Assembly (NCBI GenBank): GCA_964016885.1
Contig: OZ024764.1
Span: 28,582,001-28,646,000, forward strand
Length of the DNA stretch: 64,000 nt
Direction of reading: 5' to 3'
Source of the DNA: Eledone cirrhosa
Lineage: Eukaryota
Below the pieces are notes generated by a model, which did no database searches, was not told where the DNA came from, and was given only the letters and a program-made list of their open reading frames with translations. Shown piece after piece: positions 46,173 to 60,078 of the stretch (position 1 is the first letter of the stretch; each line of letters begins with the position of its first letter). A program made the translations under genes and the position numbers.

Positions 46173-46735
46173 ACTTTTAAACTTTGATGGCTATCTTTGA
46201 AATAGAATCTTCAAATGTTGGCTTTGACTTCACCGATATTAATTAATAATATAAACATATATATTAGGTCTGAACATAATGGAATTAAATTCCCATTGTC
46301 ACTGCCTCCATCTCTCTTGCTCTCCCCATTTCTCACTATTATAAGCAAATCAGGGCTCACACACTGGTCGCCCCCTCGTAACAGAAGCTAATCACAACTC
46401 ATGTATATTACCATTACATATCCAACAGAGCATACTCATCGATTCCCTTTTAATCTTCCTAGGTCCTCTATATAAACAGCCGAATTCGTACTATTTCCAC
46501 ATAGGAATGACGGAGTATATTTATATAGTTATAAAATGAAATTATTAATGAACACACATTTTTTTTTTTTTTATTGTAAGTGGTATTTTTAACTTAACAA
46601 AAATGATATCGCTACAAGAAAAACAACACAAATATTATAGTTACAAGATTTATATTTATAAAGTACGAAAATAATATTTATAAAAATATAGGTTTCTGAT
46701 TTAATTACAAGGACAACAATTTTAACGTTTCACAA

Positions 46736-47722
46736 TTAACACTTTTCTCCTGTGTGTATTTGTTTATGCCTATTTAAGATACTGTTAGACACAAAAGATT
46801 TCCCACATATGTCACAATGACAGGGTTTTTCTCCAGTGTGTCTACGTTTGTGGATAACAAGATTAGTTTTTTGAGCGAAAGATTTCCCACACATTTCACA
46901 ATGGTAAGGTTTTTCTCCAGTGTGTGTACGTTTGTGGACCAGAAGGTGAAAATTATCAGTGAAAGATTTCCCACATATTTCACAATGATATGGTTTTTCT
47001 CCTGTGTGGCTACGTATATGACTTACAAAACTAGAATTATGAGTGAAAGATTTCTCACATATTTCACAGTGGAAGGGTTTTTCTCCAGTGTGACAACGTA
47101 TGTGAATTACAAGACTAGAATTCTGATTAAAAGATTTCCCACATATTTCGCAGTGATAGGGTTTTTCTCCAGTATGAATTATTTTGTGTCTTTTTAAATC
47201 ACTGTTATAGACAAATGATTTGCCACATATTTCACACTGATAGGGTTTTTCTCCAGTGTGTATTCTTTTATGAACCACAAGAGATGAATTATCACTAAAA
47301 GATTTCTCACATATGTCACAATGATAGGGTTTTTCTCCAGTGTGTGTTCTTTTGTGCCTTGTTAAATCACTGTTAGAGATAAAAGATTTCCCACATATTT
47401 CACAATGATAGGGTTTTTCTCCGGTGTGACTACGTTTGTGGTTTACAAGATGAAAATTCCGAGAGAAAGATTTCCCACATATGTCACAATGGAACGGTTT
47501 TTCCCTGGTGTGTGTCTCTTTGTGTGTGAAGACTTCATCTTCTGAAGAGAAGGTTTTTCTACAAAACTCACAGCGATATTCAGTAATATTTCTGTGTAAT
47601 GATCCTTGTCCAGTACATGTTTCAATAGATAAAGGTTTCTCATCACTGTATGTCTGTGTAACTGAATCTATAGTAGTAGAAACAAGAGTGTTAGATGTGT
47701 CCAAGTGTTTAACGTCCTCCAT
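46736..47722 (-). CDS. Kruppel-type C2H2 zinc-finger protein, 328 aa, 10 tandem fingers, no KRAB/BTB/SCAN domain seen
   Basis: 10 CxxC-x12-HxxxH units joined by TGEKP(Y/F) linkers; open ORF; minus-strand splice acceptor (ttttgattttctatag) at 48012-48013 suggests a non-coding upstream exon. Confidence 0.95.
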   Translation of the reverse strand: MEDVKHLDTSNTLVSTTIDSVTQTYSDEKPLSIETCTGQGSLHRNITEYRCEFCRKTFSSEDEVFTHKETHTREKPFHCDICGKSFSRNFHLVNHKRSHTGEKPYHCEICGKSFISNSDLTRHKRTHTGEKPYHCDICEKSFSDNSSLVVHKRIHTGEKPYQCEICGKSFVYNSDLKRHKIIHTGEKPYHCEICGKSFNQNSSLVIHIRCHTGEKPFHCEICEKSFTHNSSFVSHIRSHTGEKPYHCEICGKSFTDNFHLLVHKRTHTGEKPYHCEMCGKSFAQKTNLVIHKRRHTGEKPCHCDICGKSFVSNSILNRHKQIHTGEKC

Positions 47723-48218
47723 CGTAATTCTTGACTGTTGAGAAATATACGTAATTATAATGTATTATATTTCAATGTCTTGTTAGTGATATCTCTTAGA
47801 TCGCTGGATGTTATCCACAAAAATTAATTAATGTTCACATTAACATGAGATAATTGCAATACAATATATAATTAGATTAATCAAAATTATAACAAGAGTA
47901 AATACGCGTGGTCGTTAACAATGTTTCTTTCCTCGAATGATACCGGTGTTATACGTTAAAAGTCCCTGATATAATTTAATACATTCAGAAATAGTTTTAA
48001 TCATATCTAATCTATAGAAAATCAAAAAATATTAATAAGTATCACTAAGGAAAATAGTTATTATACGTCGAAGGAAGTCTCTGGCAATGCTACGCATACA
48101 ACCTCACATCTCCACTCACTGAGGCACACACAAAATTTATTTGTCATGGGTCGCCGTATTAACCAAATCACTCATACAAACCACGTTTGGTAACATTAAG
48201 CCATTTTCTTACACGCCG

Positions 48219-48271
<53 letters not shown>

Positions 48272-48377
48272 GAAATGACAGGAGGCTGGATTTGTGTAAA
48301 TCCTTGAAAGATTCAAGGATTTACACAAATCCAGCCTCTTGTCATTTCATTATAATATTTAACTCCGTAATAGCACC

Positions 48378-51318
48378 ACATTCATGCAACACCTATCTTA
48401 TCATAGTCATTTTTTGTGGTGAGCAGTCATTATTTGTTGGTACTAGGGCAGTGGATTGGCAGTATCGGTAGAGCGTCAGACACCATGCTTTGCAGCATAG
48501 GGTTATGGCCCATTACGTTCTGGGTCCAAATCCCTCCAAGGTTGACTTTGTTTTCATCCTTATGAGGTCGATAGAATAAAGTACCAGTAATACACTGGAG
48601 TAATTGCTGGCCTTGTGCCAGAAACAATTATTTGGTGGTACTTCCAATCTGTGCTACACAGCTTCATTCCCATCAATAATATATAACTGGCCATATTGTG
48701 GTGTATTTTCTGCAGGTTACAGAGGTGGGGGTGTAGTGATATGTTTGACCCTGAATATGAAAGCTATACGGGCCTCTGCCGGGTGGTAACACCAAATGAA
48801 GTGAAATAAATGTAGTTTTAATTGCAGACGTTTCTGGGAAATCAACTGCTTCCTGGCCTCTTTCAAAGAGATTTCTCAGTCTCTCAGGGTATATTTGCAA
48901 TGGAGGCAACACAACCTTTCCTTTATTACAACAGTTACAATTTTCATTTCTAAATCTCAAAGCTCCACAGTGATCACACGAAACATTCATATCACTAATA
49001 TGAAATTCTTCTACATTTCCATTAATATTAATTGTTGGCCAATTTCTCTTACGACGCTCATTATCCATTCTTCTCTGTCTGAATGTTTTCCATTCTGTTG
49101 TTTATTATGTAATTAAATAGCTCTGTACAATACATAGAGCACTCTTCTTTTCTTTACCTTTTCTATGGAAATACAAGAACAAACATATAAATATATATAT
49201 ATGTATATACATAAACAAGACTGTTATTGCTCCAACCAGTCTATTTACCTTCGATAAATAAATATAAATACACCTATACCATACATACATATACGATATT
49301 TGTTTTTGATGCCGTAGTATAGCAGAGATAAGCAAGGAGAGAAAATAAAATGAAAAGGAGAAAAAAAAAGAAGTAAGAAGTCGGATGAGGGACAGACACT
49401 TCACCCCAGTCTAAGTGGTCCCTCAGCCGCAACCTGTGGAAGAAACGTAAAAGCGTTACCTCGGAGCAAGGCCAGAGACACCTGCTACAATAGTCGCCCC
49501 TCCTCACGAGGCTCCTGCCGTCTTTCCTCCCGACTTTATGGAGGAAATCAGCACTACGGGGACCAAGTATGGCAGAGGTCTCAATGGAGTGGAAGAGGTG
49601 AGTCAGGCCTTGGTACTATCTTACTCTCCTCTGCATTGCGGGGTGTGGAGCCTAGGTTTGTGGCTGTAGCTATATTTAAACTTTTATATGAAATTTCAGT
49701 TTTATATTTTTCACATCTTAAAACTTAATCTTAGTCTTTTGCAGCTCATCTAGTTTCATCTCACAGCACACGATTTGGGAACCACTGCTCTAGAGATAGA
49801 AAAAGTATATTTTATGCAAGGCTTCCTTGAGACATAAAAACTATTTCAAGAGATCAACATGGGTAGAAAGGTTGAGAAATGCTGCTCAATGTTCTTTGAT
49901 TTTTGTTCACCTTTAAAAAATCATGTATAAAATATCGGGTGTGCAAGATTTCATGAAAAGGTATAACATTATTTATGCTGATCTTGCAGGGACTAGCTCC
50001 AATTGAGAGTTGTACCAATTCCCACTAAACTCGAAACTCCTGGACAATATATACATATCTTTATAAGTTCCTGTGTATTGTGTCGCTGTATAATGAAACA
50101 TAAATATATACCATGCATGTCAGTCAGATTTGAACTCACTATATTTGGCGTTTTATAGATATAATTTGTTTGTTAAAACAATTGATTAAATAATAACTAA
50201 ATAAAATTAATTCTACAATCCTGGATAGGGAATGAACTTATAACTTCATAATAGAAGCCATCTATTCGAGCAGTATTGCCATCTAAGCCACCAGGTTACT
50301 TACAGAACTTCATTCAAATATAAAGTATAAAATATATGCCAGACATAGTGAGTTGGAATCTGACTGATTAGTTGGTCATTGTCCCAGCCAACAGTTTAAA
50401 TTGCCAACCGGTAGGTGACATCGACTAGGTTGGGAAAACTTGGTTAAGTAGCTCCAGTTATTGCTACGTTAGACATATTCAAGACTTATCGACACCGAAT
50501 AGAAGAAAGGTAAAGTTGAACTCAGAGTAAAGAACTGGAAAAATAGTGCAAAGAATTCTATCGGATGTTCTAACAATTCTACCAAATTAACTTATGTATA
50601 TATATTTATATCTAGAGATAAGAAGAAAACTGAGAGAAAGAAAAAAAGAAAAAAAAAATGAGACCTTATATGTAACCCATGACCAGGATTGAAACCGAAA
50701 CCAGGACTACGACCATCTCTGGTATCACCCACCAGTCCACCATGAAAGATAAAAAAATCCGCTTTTTTAATGTTTATAAGCCTACTTTCAATATTAAAGT
50801 AATTAACATGTGGTGTTGTTCATGCCTTTCTCTATGTTATTGGTAAAAAATAAAGTATTTAAACCTCAAATTTTGTTATTCAAATATGCTTGCTTATGTA
50901 ATTATAAATGTCGCAGAATACACACACATATATAGATGTGAAAATATTCAGGACCCCAACGGCTGTGCTACTGCCGTTTCGACATCTATATATATATCTT
51001 TTAGTCCTAGGCTCTTTCAGCGCAGAAAGAATTCTCCAATGATCACAACCAGCTAATGGTGCCCAGTGGAAGCACTTTAGTCTAATTATAACCCCAACGA
51101 TCACGATTAGCGGCGGCTTTTTCGAGTCTGAGGTTGACTGCCACATATATATATCTATATATATATTTTTATACTTTGCTAGAATCCCGGAGAACAACAG
51201 AAAGATGCTGAGTTCAGAGTTTAAAAAACATGTCCCCCTTTAATATAAAAACAATCCGAGTCTTGTAAAAGTATTATTACTGTAATATAAAGTAGAAACC
51301 CTTTATTTAAACAAAGCT
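48378..51318 (+). repeat. Segmental duplication copy 1 (copy 2 at 61041-64000, continuing beyond the window)
   Basis: Colinear near-identical sequence including the same SINE and Helitron fragments. Confidence 0.95.
48673..49068 (-). pseudogene. Helitron Rep/helicase N-terminal fragment (duplicate at 61323-61757)
   Basis: CDHCGALRF..E..CCNKGKVVLPPL ... PPGRGPYSFHIQGQTYH. Confidence 0.85.
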
Positions 51319-52172
51319 GCGATGCAGTGATCATCAAAGCAAACCTCAAAATGTAAACAAACTTCTCGCAGGTGCTGCCAGATACACGATAACATGTGTA
51401 TACGAAGTGTAACAGGGAGTTGGGTCGTATTATATCACTTTCAAATTGACCCCTATTATATTCAAATTAACCCTTGTGGGGCGTGCATCCCACGTTGAGA
51501 ATCCCTCATAAATAAATATATGTGAGTGTGTTGCTATGACTGCTATCTCTAGCAGGTTTACTGCAGTCCTGTAGACGCACCAGAAACACCGGAAGTGGCA
51601 GCCATTAAAAAACTTTGGCTTAAAATCAGGCAAAAGTTTTTTAACAATTTGCCAAGAAAGATAACTCTTGTCTTACTTAATCGCAAAAATCGAGGCAAAA
51701 ATTTTGCGGATGTCCAGTTTGTTTGGTGTATTTGACTGCTATTTCTAGCATATATGGACACTTTAGAAATAGTAGCGAAACACGGGAAACATAAGAAAGA
51801 AGGACACACACGTATATATATATATATATAATTATGTATCTGTATATATATATATATATATACATATATATATGCACAGATATATACATTTAAATATATA
51901 TATTTATATATATATACACGCGCGCACACACACCTATACGTAGATATGGTATATATATATATGTATGGGTGAGTGTATAGCTGGTATATATATATATATA
52001 TATACCAGCTATACACTCACCCATACATATATATATATATATATATATACCAGCTATACACACACCCATATCTACGTATAGGTGTGTGTGCGCGCGTGTA
52101 TATATATTTAAATGTATATATCTGTGCATATATATATGTATATATGTATATATATATATATATACAGATACA

Positions 52173-52220
<48 letters not shown>

Positions 52221-53620
52221 CGTGTGTGTCCTTCTTTCTTATGTTTCCCGTGTTTCGCTGCTATTTCTAAAGTGTCCATATATGCTAGAAATAGCAGTCA
52301 AATACACCAAACAAACTGCACACCCGCAAAATTTTTGCCTCGATTTTTGCGATTAAGTAAGACAAGAGTTATCGTTCTTGGCAAATTGTTAAAAAACTTT
52401 TGCCTGATTTTAAGCCAAAGTTTTTTAATGGCTGCCACTTCCGGTTTTTCTGGTGCGTCTACAGGACTGCAGTAAACCTGCTAGAAATAGCAGTCATAGC
52501 AACACACTCACATATATTTATTTATGAGGGGTTCTCAACGTGGGGTGCACACCCCACAGGGTATAATTTGAATATAATAGGGGTCAATTTGAAAGTGATA
52601 TAATCCGACCAAACTTCCAGATACACATGTTATCGTGTATCTGACAGCACCTACGAGAAGTGTGTTTACATTTTGAAGTTTGTTTTAAATAATAATAATA
52701 ATGAAATTATTGTGTACAGTGCTCAGGTGCACTACAACTCATCAAAGGTGCATGTATAGTACATAGAATAATGTACAAATGTCAGGAAAATGAACAGTGT
52801 ACGAGTCATGATATAATAACAATAACAATAATGAAATATTGTGTACAGTGCCCAGGTGCACCACAACTCATCAAAAAAGTGCATGTACAGTACATAGGGC
52901 AATGCACAAACATCAGTAAAATGAACAGTGCACGAGTCATGATACACACATGTGTGCATGTGCATGGAAGGGGTACATCAGGTGTAGTTTTGGCGTATTT
53001 CGGGAAGCATGAGTGTCTTAAAGGATGCAGTGTCTCGGCAGCTAACAATTGACGCAGGCAGTTTGTTCCATGCTTCAGCAGCTCTGAGCGTGAAAAAATG
53101 TCTACGAAAGTCATGGGAGCTGTGCTGTTTTCTGATCTTGTAGGCATGTCCACGTGTGTTAGACACATGCAGATCAAAGAGGCGCTCAGGGTTGCAATTG
53201 GCGAGATGGTTAAAAAATTTGTGGGTATTCACCAAGTCCATTGCCAGATGTCGGAGCTTCAATGAATCCATGCCCAGGGAAGCAAGGCGTTCAGAGTATG
53301 GTAGGTGTCTGATGGAGGGTATATGCTTGGTTGCACGTCTCTGAACAGTTTCCAGGAGGTCAATGTTCTGAGCAAGATAGGGCTTCCAGACTGATGCTGG
53401 AGAGCGGCTAACAAAGGTCTTGCTGAGTGATACCAAGACACCCTCGGCCTTCTTGACAATCTTAGAGACATGCTTTGTCCAACGCAAATCGTTGCTGACA
53501 GTAATGCCCAGGTCACGTTCACAAGAGGACTTTTTGATATCAGTGTTTTGATCATCGCTGCATCGCAGCTTTGTTTAAATAATGGGTTTCTACTTTATAT
53601 TACAGTAATAAAAGTTTTAC
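51262..53620. repeat. Large inverted duplication centred at ~51994, right arm interrupted by CR1
   Basis: 51345-51990 is the reverse complement of 51998-52687; 51262-51340 matches 53545-53620. Confidence 0.92.
52688..53540 (-). mobile_element. CR1 3' fragment inserted into the right arm of the large inverted duplication
   Basis: ORF 52978-53487 encodes the CR1 ORF2 C-terminus. Confidence 0.92.
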
Positions 53621-53654
53621 TTCGTCTACACATGTTATCGTGTATCCGGAATAA

Positions 53655-53718
<64 letters not shown>

Positions 53719-53949
53719 GACGCAAAGACACACATATATATACATACACGCAGACATACACCTATGTGTATGTGTGTGTGTGTCTTTGGCTGCTCTCTAT
53801 ATATATATATCTCTCTCTTTCTCTCTATGTATATATATACAGACACACACTGTTGTTTCCTGATTTTTAGCTGCTCTTTCTAAAGTGTCTATTAATATAT
53901 GCTAGAAATAGCAGTCAAGGGAACATTTACGTATATATATGTAAAGACA

Positions 53950-54325
53950 GTGACACCTGCTGCAACAGGCATCCAACCTCGTGGGACTCCATCCTCAGAC
54001 GGGCCACAGACACTGCGATGTTGCGGAGGAGCTCGGCTGTAATGGGTCCAAGTAGGCCTGGGGTCTCGACGGCGGCTGGTGCGTAGATGAAGCGCCAGGA
54101 CAAACACCGGAATATGTTTATCTGCGAGACGGGCAGCGATGCCGGGGTTTGTGGATCTACCTCCTTCGAATGGGAAGAGGGTGATTCCCTCGGGGTGCTT
54201 GCCATCTCCGCGGCCTAGGCCTGCTGGTTCCAGTTGAGATGGAAATTCAGCTGCGTCCAGGTTTCTTCTCACTATGTCGTTGAGAGCATTTATGTGGCTC
54301 ACACACGCGGAGGCCAAGGCGTTGG
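53950..54325 (-). pseudogene. CRE-clade-like non-LTR element C-terminal restriction-like endonuclease fragment
   Basis: HINALNDIVRRNL...PSQLEPAGLGRGDGKHPEGITLFPF resembles the 'EPxGLxRxDGKRPDGxTLxPW' motif. Confidence 0.65.
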
Positions 54326-55727
54326 GCTACTCCGATGCGAGTTCAATCATCATCAAGAATTTATTTGAATTGAAAGGTCACTAAACTAATATAGGAGTGT
54401 CATTTAAAAATAAGGTAAACAGAAATAGTTACACCGGTAACATAATTACTGTTACACCGGTAGTTCACTAACAATTCATTTCACGTTCCTCTCTAACAGG
54501 TAATGTTTTAATTTGCTCTCCATGTTGGGGAGTAACTGTAGTTTGGCTTGCTAGGGGTCATACATCTTCATACACACACACACACATACTATCTATATAT
54601 ATACAAAGGAAAGGAAGATAAACAAATATCAGAGGATTTGACCGGCTTCTTCCTCTTGGCACCTGTAGCCACCATGACGTATAAGTATAAATATATATAC
54701 ATATCTATCTATCTATATATATATCATCATTTTCATTTTACGTCTGCTTTTCCCTGTTTGCAAGGGTGGGGCATATATATATATATCATCATCATTATAC
54801 ATCCACTTTTCCCCGCTTGGCAGCACCTACGAGAAGTTTGTTTTGATCATCGCTGCATCGTAGCTTTGTTTAAATAAAGGGTTTCTACTTTATATTACAG
54901 TAATAATACTTTCAGAATACTCGGATTGTTTTTATATTAAAGGGGAACATAAACATATTTTAGAGGAGGGGTGTGGAACAGAAAAGTTTGGGGACCACTG
55001 ATACACACACATTTATTTACTATATATATAATATATACATATATATGTCTGTGTGTGTATACTATATATATATATATGTACAGGGAGGTCGAAGCATTTC
55101 AGAATTTTTACTAGGCGGGGGGGGGGGGTGCAAATCCCCCTCTTTATATCAATTAGCACTAACTCTCTCCCTCTCTATATCTACTACACGGCACTCTCTT
55201 CCAATACCCCTCTCTATATGAAGTAACACCAAACTCTCCCCCTCTCTATATATTAAGCACTAAGTCAGGAATTTTTTTCTTCTTTCGTGCAGAGAGAGTA
55301 AAGTTGATTAAATCTACTGCAGTGAATTACTGGTATTTTATTTAATAAAAATTAAAATTTACTATTTGTCTTCGTTTAATTTTCGTTTTTCTTTACATAG
55401 TTTCGTTTCGTTAAATGTCTCCAGAATTTGTTTTTACTTTTACCGGATATTGAAGGTGTAAACTTGGTGTTGTCTAGAAACGTGTTAGAAATATTTTTCT
55501 TTTAATTGTGAAGAATTTAACCGCAAAGTAAGTTTTTTTTACTGTTTATTTGTGGCTGGGACAACGTATGGTATGTGTTAATGTAAATGGTGAAGGTTTA
55601 AAGATTCTTTTTACAACTGAAAATCAGTTTGTTGTTGCTGCTAATTACTTAACGCATGGAATAGATTAAAAAAATACAGGATTGTTTCTCGGAAGAGAGA
55701 AAGAAGAAACAAAACAAATCACAGAAG

Positions 55728-55912
55728 CGGGTAGCACACACATTTGGGACCACATACAACACAAAAACAGGTAATCCACACATCTGGGACCACATACAAC
55801 ACACCAGCAGGTAATACATACATCTAGGACCACATAAGCAGGTAATACACACATCTAGGACCACATACAACACACAAGCAGGTAATACACACATCTAGGA
55901 CGACATACAACC
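55728..55912. repeat. ~40-bp minisatellite x~5
   Basis: caggtaatacacacatctaggaccacatacaacacacaag. Confidence 0.85.
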
Positions 55913-56224
55913 AAAGGCAGGCGAAAGGGGTGGACAAACGAGCTGCTACTAGATCAAAAGATAACAGTATCGCGAGGAGCACTGGGAAACCTCTCTAATG
56001 ATTTTTTAGGCAAGCCAGCACGTCTGCAGCGTTACCTCGGGCGATGGCGAGGCTGAGGAGCTGGAACAACCAAGTGCCCTCACGAGCTTCACCAGTCACC
56101 TTCGTCAGGCTAGCCGCCAGTGAAGATAGGAATCTCGCAGTCAGTATCCCGACTCCCCCAAACGCCACAGGCTGGAAAATGTAGTTGGCCGACAGATCAC
56201 AGTATTACTTAACAGTGATAGATA

Positions 56225-56305
56225 TTCTGTCTAAAGGAGGGGCGTGCAACAGGCGGCCCGCGGGCCACAATCGAGCCCACCTGACCAGTCAGAGTGGCCC
56301 GCAAT
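56225..56305 (+). mobile_element. hAT (Charlie/Buster-like) terminal remnant
   Basis: aggggcgtgcaac..cggcccgcgggccaca..gccc subterminal motif. Confidence 0.45.
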
Positions 56306-56356
56306 GACTGTTGTAGGCTTATTTAGAATTTTTTCCATACCCGTAATACTTCTGTT

Positions 56357-56683
56357 AGTTGACCTATACTAAAGGACTTCACTGATAGGGTTATATGTGT
56401 TATAATTTCCCAGTTGACCTATACTAAAGGACTTCACTGATAGGGTTATATGTGTTATAGTTTCCCAGTTGACCTATACTAAAGGACTTCACTGATAGGG
56501 TTATATGTGTTATAGTTTCCCAGTTGACCTATACTAAAGGACTTCACTGATAGGGTTATATGTGTTATCGTTTCCCAGTTGACCTATACTAAAGGACTTC
56601 ACTGATAGGGTTATATGTGTTATAGTTTCCCAGTTGACCTATACTAAAGGGCTTCACTGATAGAGTTATATGTGTTATAGTTT
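56357..56683. repeat. 55-bp minisatellite x6
   Basis: cagttgacctatactaaaggacttcactgatagggttatatgtgttatagtttcc. Confidence 0.95.
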
Positions 56684-57244
56684 GAAACAAACTACCTGCA
56701 TCAGTTATTATACTTTTATAACACCGCTATATTACCTACATGAAAGAGGTAAATATTTATTTCTCTTGTCTTCTTAAATGTATAGAACATTTTTCTTATA
56801 TATATTCTTAACATAGCTAGGACCGTTTATTATTTACTAGTCTCTACTCCTAGGACTTTGCTGGTCTCATGTCCCCTCCATCAACACACACTCGGTTGAA
56901 AGCTGGTCGTCGGAGGTAAAGTGGCCCTGATTACAGGTCTAGTATTGAAGCCTTTCGGCTTGAGCCTTGCTGATGCCGACAGAGTTCCTGTGGTAGTTTT
57001 GGTAGCACAGGTGACATTTTATTGTGTTTAGGTACCGGCTAGTGCGGACACAGAGAGCACAACCAGGTGGTGAGCTGGCAACGACCAAGTGTAGAGGGCC
57101 AGCTTTGAAATTCGAGCGACGGAGTGAACTAGTAAAAGAGGCAGGGTAAGCAGCATTGGTTCTAACGGTGGGACTAGAACGGAGGTTGGGTGGGCTAACA
57201 GCTAACAGTTGTAGGAGTGGTGGGGGTTTGCTAGGATTAATTTT

Positions 57245-58640
57245 TACATCTGTCTGTGAACTCTTGAAAAAGCAACATACAATTGTCCAGGGTTAAATAC
57301 TTGCTCAGGGAGGAACAGATCCACTTTATCATGTATTTGACCATGGTTCTTGTTGATTGTCATGGCATATGACAGTCTTCATGGAAACTGGGGTCTTTCC
57401 AAAGTAAAAGGGATGTTGGCACCACTGGGGGATAACTTCAGTCTTGGGATCAAAACACACCTGCCCATCAAAGGACCATAGATATGAGAAGCTTTGATAA
57501 AATGTTTATGCAGTTCTACTACTTCTAATCTTGTGCCATTACATAATCTGTTCTGGATTGAAATATTCCATAGAAGCATTATTATTGATCCTGCTTATAA
57601 TTGGAGTTTGTGAGGCGGCATCCCAGAAGGTGTAAGCAAGTTCATTTAGCTTGAACCAGGCAGCAAGGGTCCCTGCATTTCTACCACAACCTGAGCATTG
57701 CCTCTTTGAAAGTAAACTCTGTTTGTTCTCCAGGTGTGTGGCTAGGCTGTATACTGTATGTGATGTACCATGAAGCTTAAATTCCGAGAGACACGACACT
57801 GCTTCTGGCTGAGACACATACCTGCAACAAAGATAGGTTCTTATTTCATCATGGTTGTGTTGGTTCTGAGCCTCATTAGGTAATGCATTATTCGTTACTT
57901 CTATAGATGTACAATCATGCCCCATGTAACATATTTAAAGAGGTACTTGACACTTTTTACAGAAGCGCAAACTTCAACATTAATATGTGCACAATATTTC
58001 TTAAGCAAAAAGGCATTAAATGGCATAACATTCCTGTTATCTACTGAATGTCATCCAATTTATACTGCAGTTCCTGTCTTGCACCTCCTGTACTCTGGGT
58101 ATCCATTTAGGTTCAATAATGTTTCCCTTCTGTAGGTTTTTGGATAGTTCTTTTTGAAAAATCCATTTTGTATAAATGGGGAAAAGTGTTTCCAGAACCA
58201 CATGGCCTGTGGATCATAAACTTTTAAACCTGCTCATGTAGTACTGGATCATCTTCCAATGCAGGTATTTCTGCTGACACGATTCTGTCAATGTCTTCTC
58301 TGTTTCTTATCTTGTCTTCATTTTTTAAGGCTCAGTGTTATCATCTGTTTAGATAATTCATTAAACCATTATACTCATCCACTCACAATTGGGCTTGATT
58401 GTTCCTCAAATATTGAAGCCTGCATCCCTCTACTTTCATATAGGCATCCACTAAATACTGCTAAAATAATTTACCTGCCCTATATATCGCACTAAATCCT
58501 CCTCTATATGCTATACAGTATATGTAATACTCCTGCATTGTCAGTCTATTGCAAACACAGGTCCTGCATTCCTCTCCATGGCACTATGCCACCAAAATTC
58601 ACCATTATGGGTTGGTCATGAGGTCCAAGTGGCATGAATT
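57245..58640 (-). pseudogene. Degenerate, deleted Helitron RepHel (Rep + PIF1 helicase pieces)
   Basis: HINVEVCASVKSVKYLFKYV, DEIRTYLCCRYVS..EA, LCNGTRL...QFP*RLSYAMTINK..GQ...GQLYVAFSR. Confidence 0.85.
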
Positions 58641-58859
58641 ATGTGGTATTTACTGAGGAGGATGGTCTTTAGGAAAGATGATAATATCTCTTTGTACAGG
58701 TGGTGTGCCCTCAATCCCCCACAAAACAACAGCTATCATTACTAGTTGGTAAATTAGAGCAGCTCATATCTGATCCTCTTCTAAATCTTAATTCACAGTT
58801 CTGTACACGACAATTTTCTCTTCTTGCACTTTGCTGTTTGAGATGAAACAAGATAGCAA

Positions 58860-59108
58860 TGTCCATAACATTACATGTCAGAATTATTAGCCACAGGGGC
58901 AGAGATGTCCATAACATTACATGACAGAATTATTAGCCACAGGGGCAGAGATGTCCATAACATTACATGTCAGAATTATTAGCCACAGGGGCAGAGATGT
59001 CCATAACATTACATGACAGCTTTATTAACCACAGGGGCAGAGATGACCATAACATTACATGACAATTATTAGCCCCAGGGGCAGATATGTCCATAACATT
59101 ACATGACA
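58860..59108. repeat. 46-bp minisatellite x~5.5
   Basis: gtccataacattacatgtcagaattattagccacaggggcagagat. Confidence 0.92.
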
Positions 59109-59109
59109 G

Positions 59110-60078
59110 AGTTTCATCTCGCGCTCTCTCTCTTTCGTTTCATCTCGCTCTCTCTCTCGTTTCATCTCTGTCTTCCTCTCTCTCATTTCATCTCTGTCTT
59201 CCTCTCTCTCGTTCCATCTCTCTCTTCCTCTCTCTCGTTCCATCTCTCTCTTCCGCTCTCTCGTTTCATCACTCTCTCTCGTTTCATCTCTATTTCTCTC
59301 TCTCGTTTCATCTGTATCTCTCTCTGTCGTTTCATCTCCCTCTATCTCTCTCTCTCGCTCTCTCGTTTCATCTCTCTCTCCCTCTCATTTCATCTCGCTC
59401 TCTCTCTCTCTCGTTTCATCTCGCTCTCTCTCTCTCATTTCATCTCGCTCTCACTCTCTCTCATTTCATCTCGCTCTCTCTCTCTCTCGTTTCATCTCGC
59501 TCTCTCTGTCTCATTTCATCTCGCTCTCTCTCTCTCGTTTCATCTCGTTCTCTCTGTCTCATTTCATCTCGCTCTCTCTCTCTCATTTCATCTCGCTCTC
59601 ACTCTCTCGTTTCATCTCGCTCTCACTCTCTCATTTCATCTCGCTCTCTCTCTCTCGTTCCATCTCGCTCTCTCTCTCTTGTTTCAACACTCTAATCCCT
59701 CACTTGTTTCATCTCTCTCTAATCCCTCACTTGTTTCATCTCTCTCTTGTTTCATCCCCCCTCTCCCTCTTCATCTCTATCTCTTCCTCTCTCTCTCTCT
59801 TCCTCTCTCTCTCTCTCTTCCTCTCTCTCTCTCTCTTCCTCTCTCTCTTTCACACTCTATCTCCGACTCGTTTCATCACTCTCTCCCCTCACCCTCTTGT
59901 TTCAACTCTCTCCTCGTTTCAACTCTCTCTCCTCTCATTTCAACTCTCTCTCTCGCTCCTCTCGTTACAACTCTCTCTCTCTCTCTCCTCTCGTTTCAAC
60001 TCTCTCTCTCTTTTCTCGTTTCAACTCTCTCCTCTCTTGTTTCAACTCTCTCACCTCTCGTTTCAACTCTTTCTCTCT
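59110..60078. repeat. CT-rich compound microsatellite
   Basis: (gtttcatctcgctctctctctc)n grading into (gtttcaactctctc)n. Confidence 0.95.

Noticed and set aside
49400-49660. GC-richer segment with a 77-aa minus-strand ORF, weakly similar to ~56020-56100
   Set aside because: No recognisable domain; probably an old TE fragment that cannot be assigned by eye
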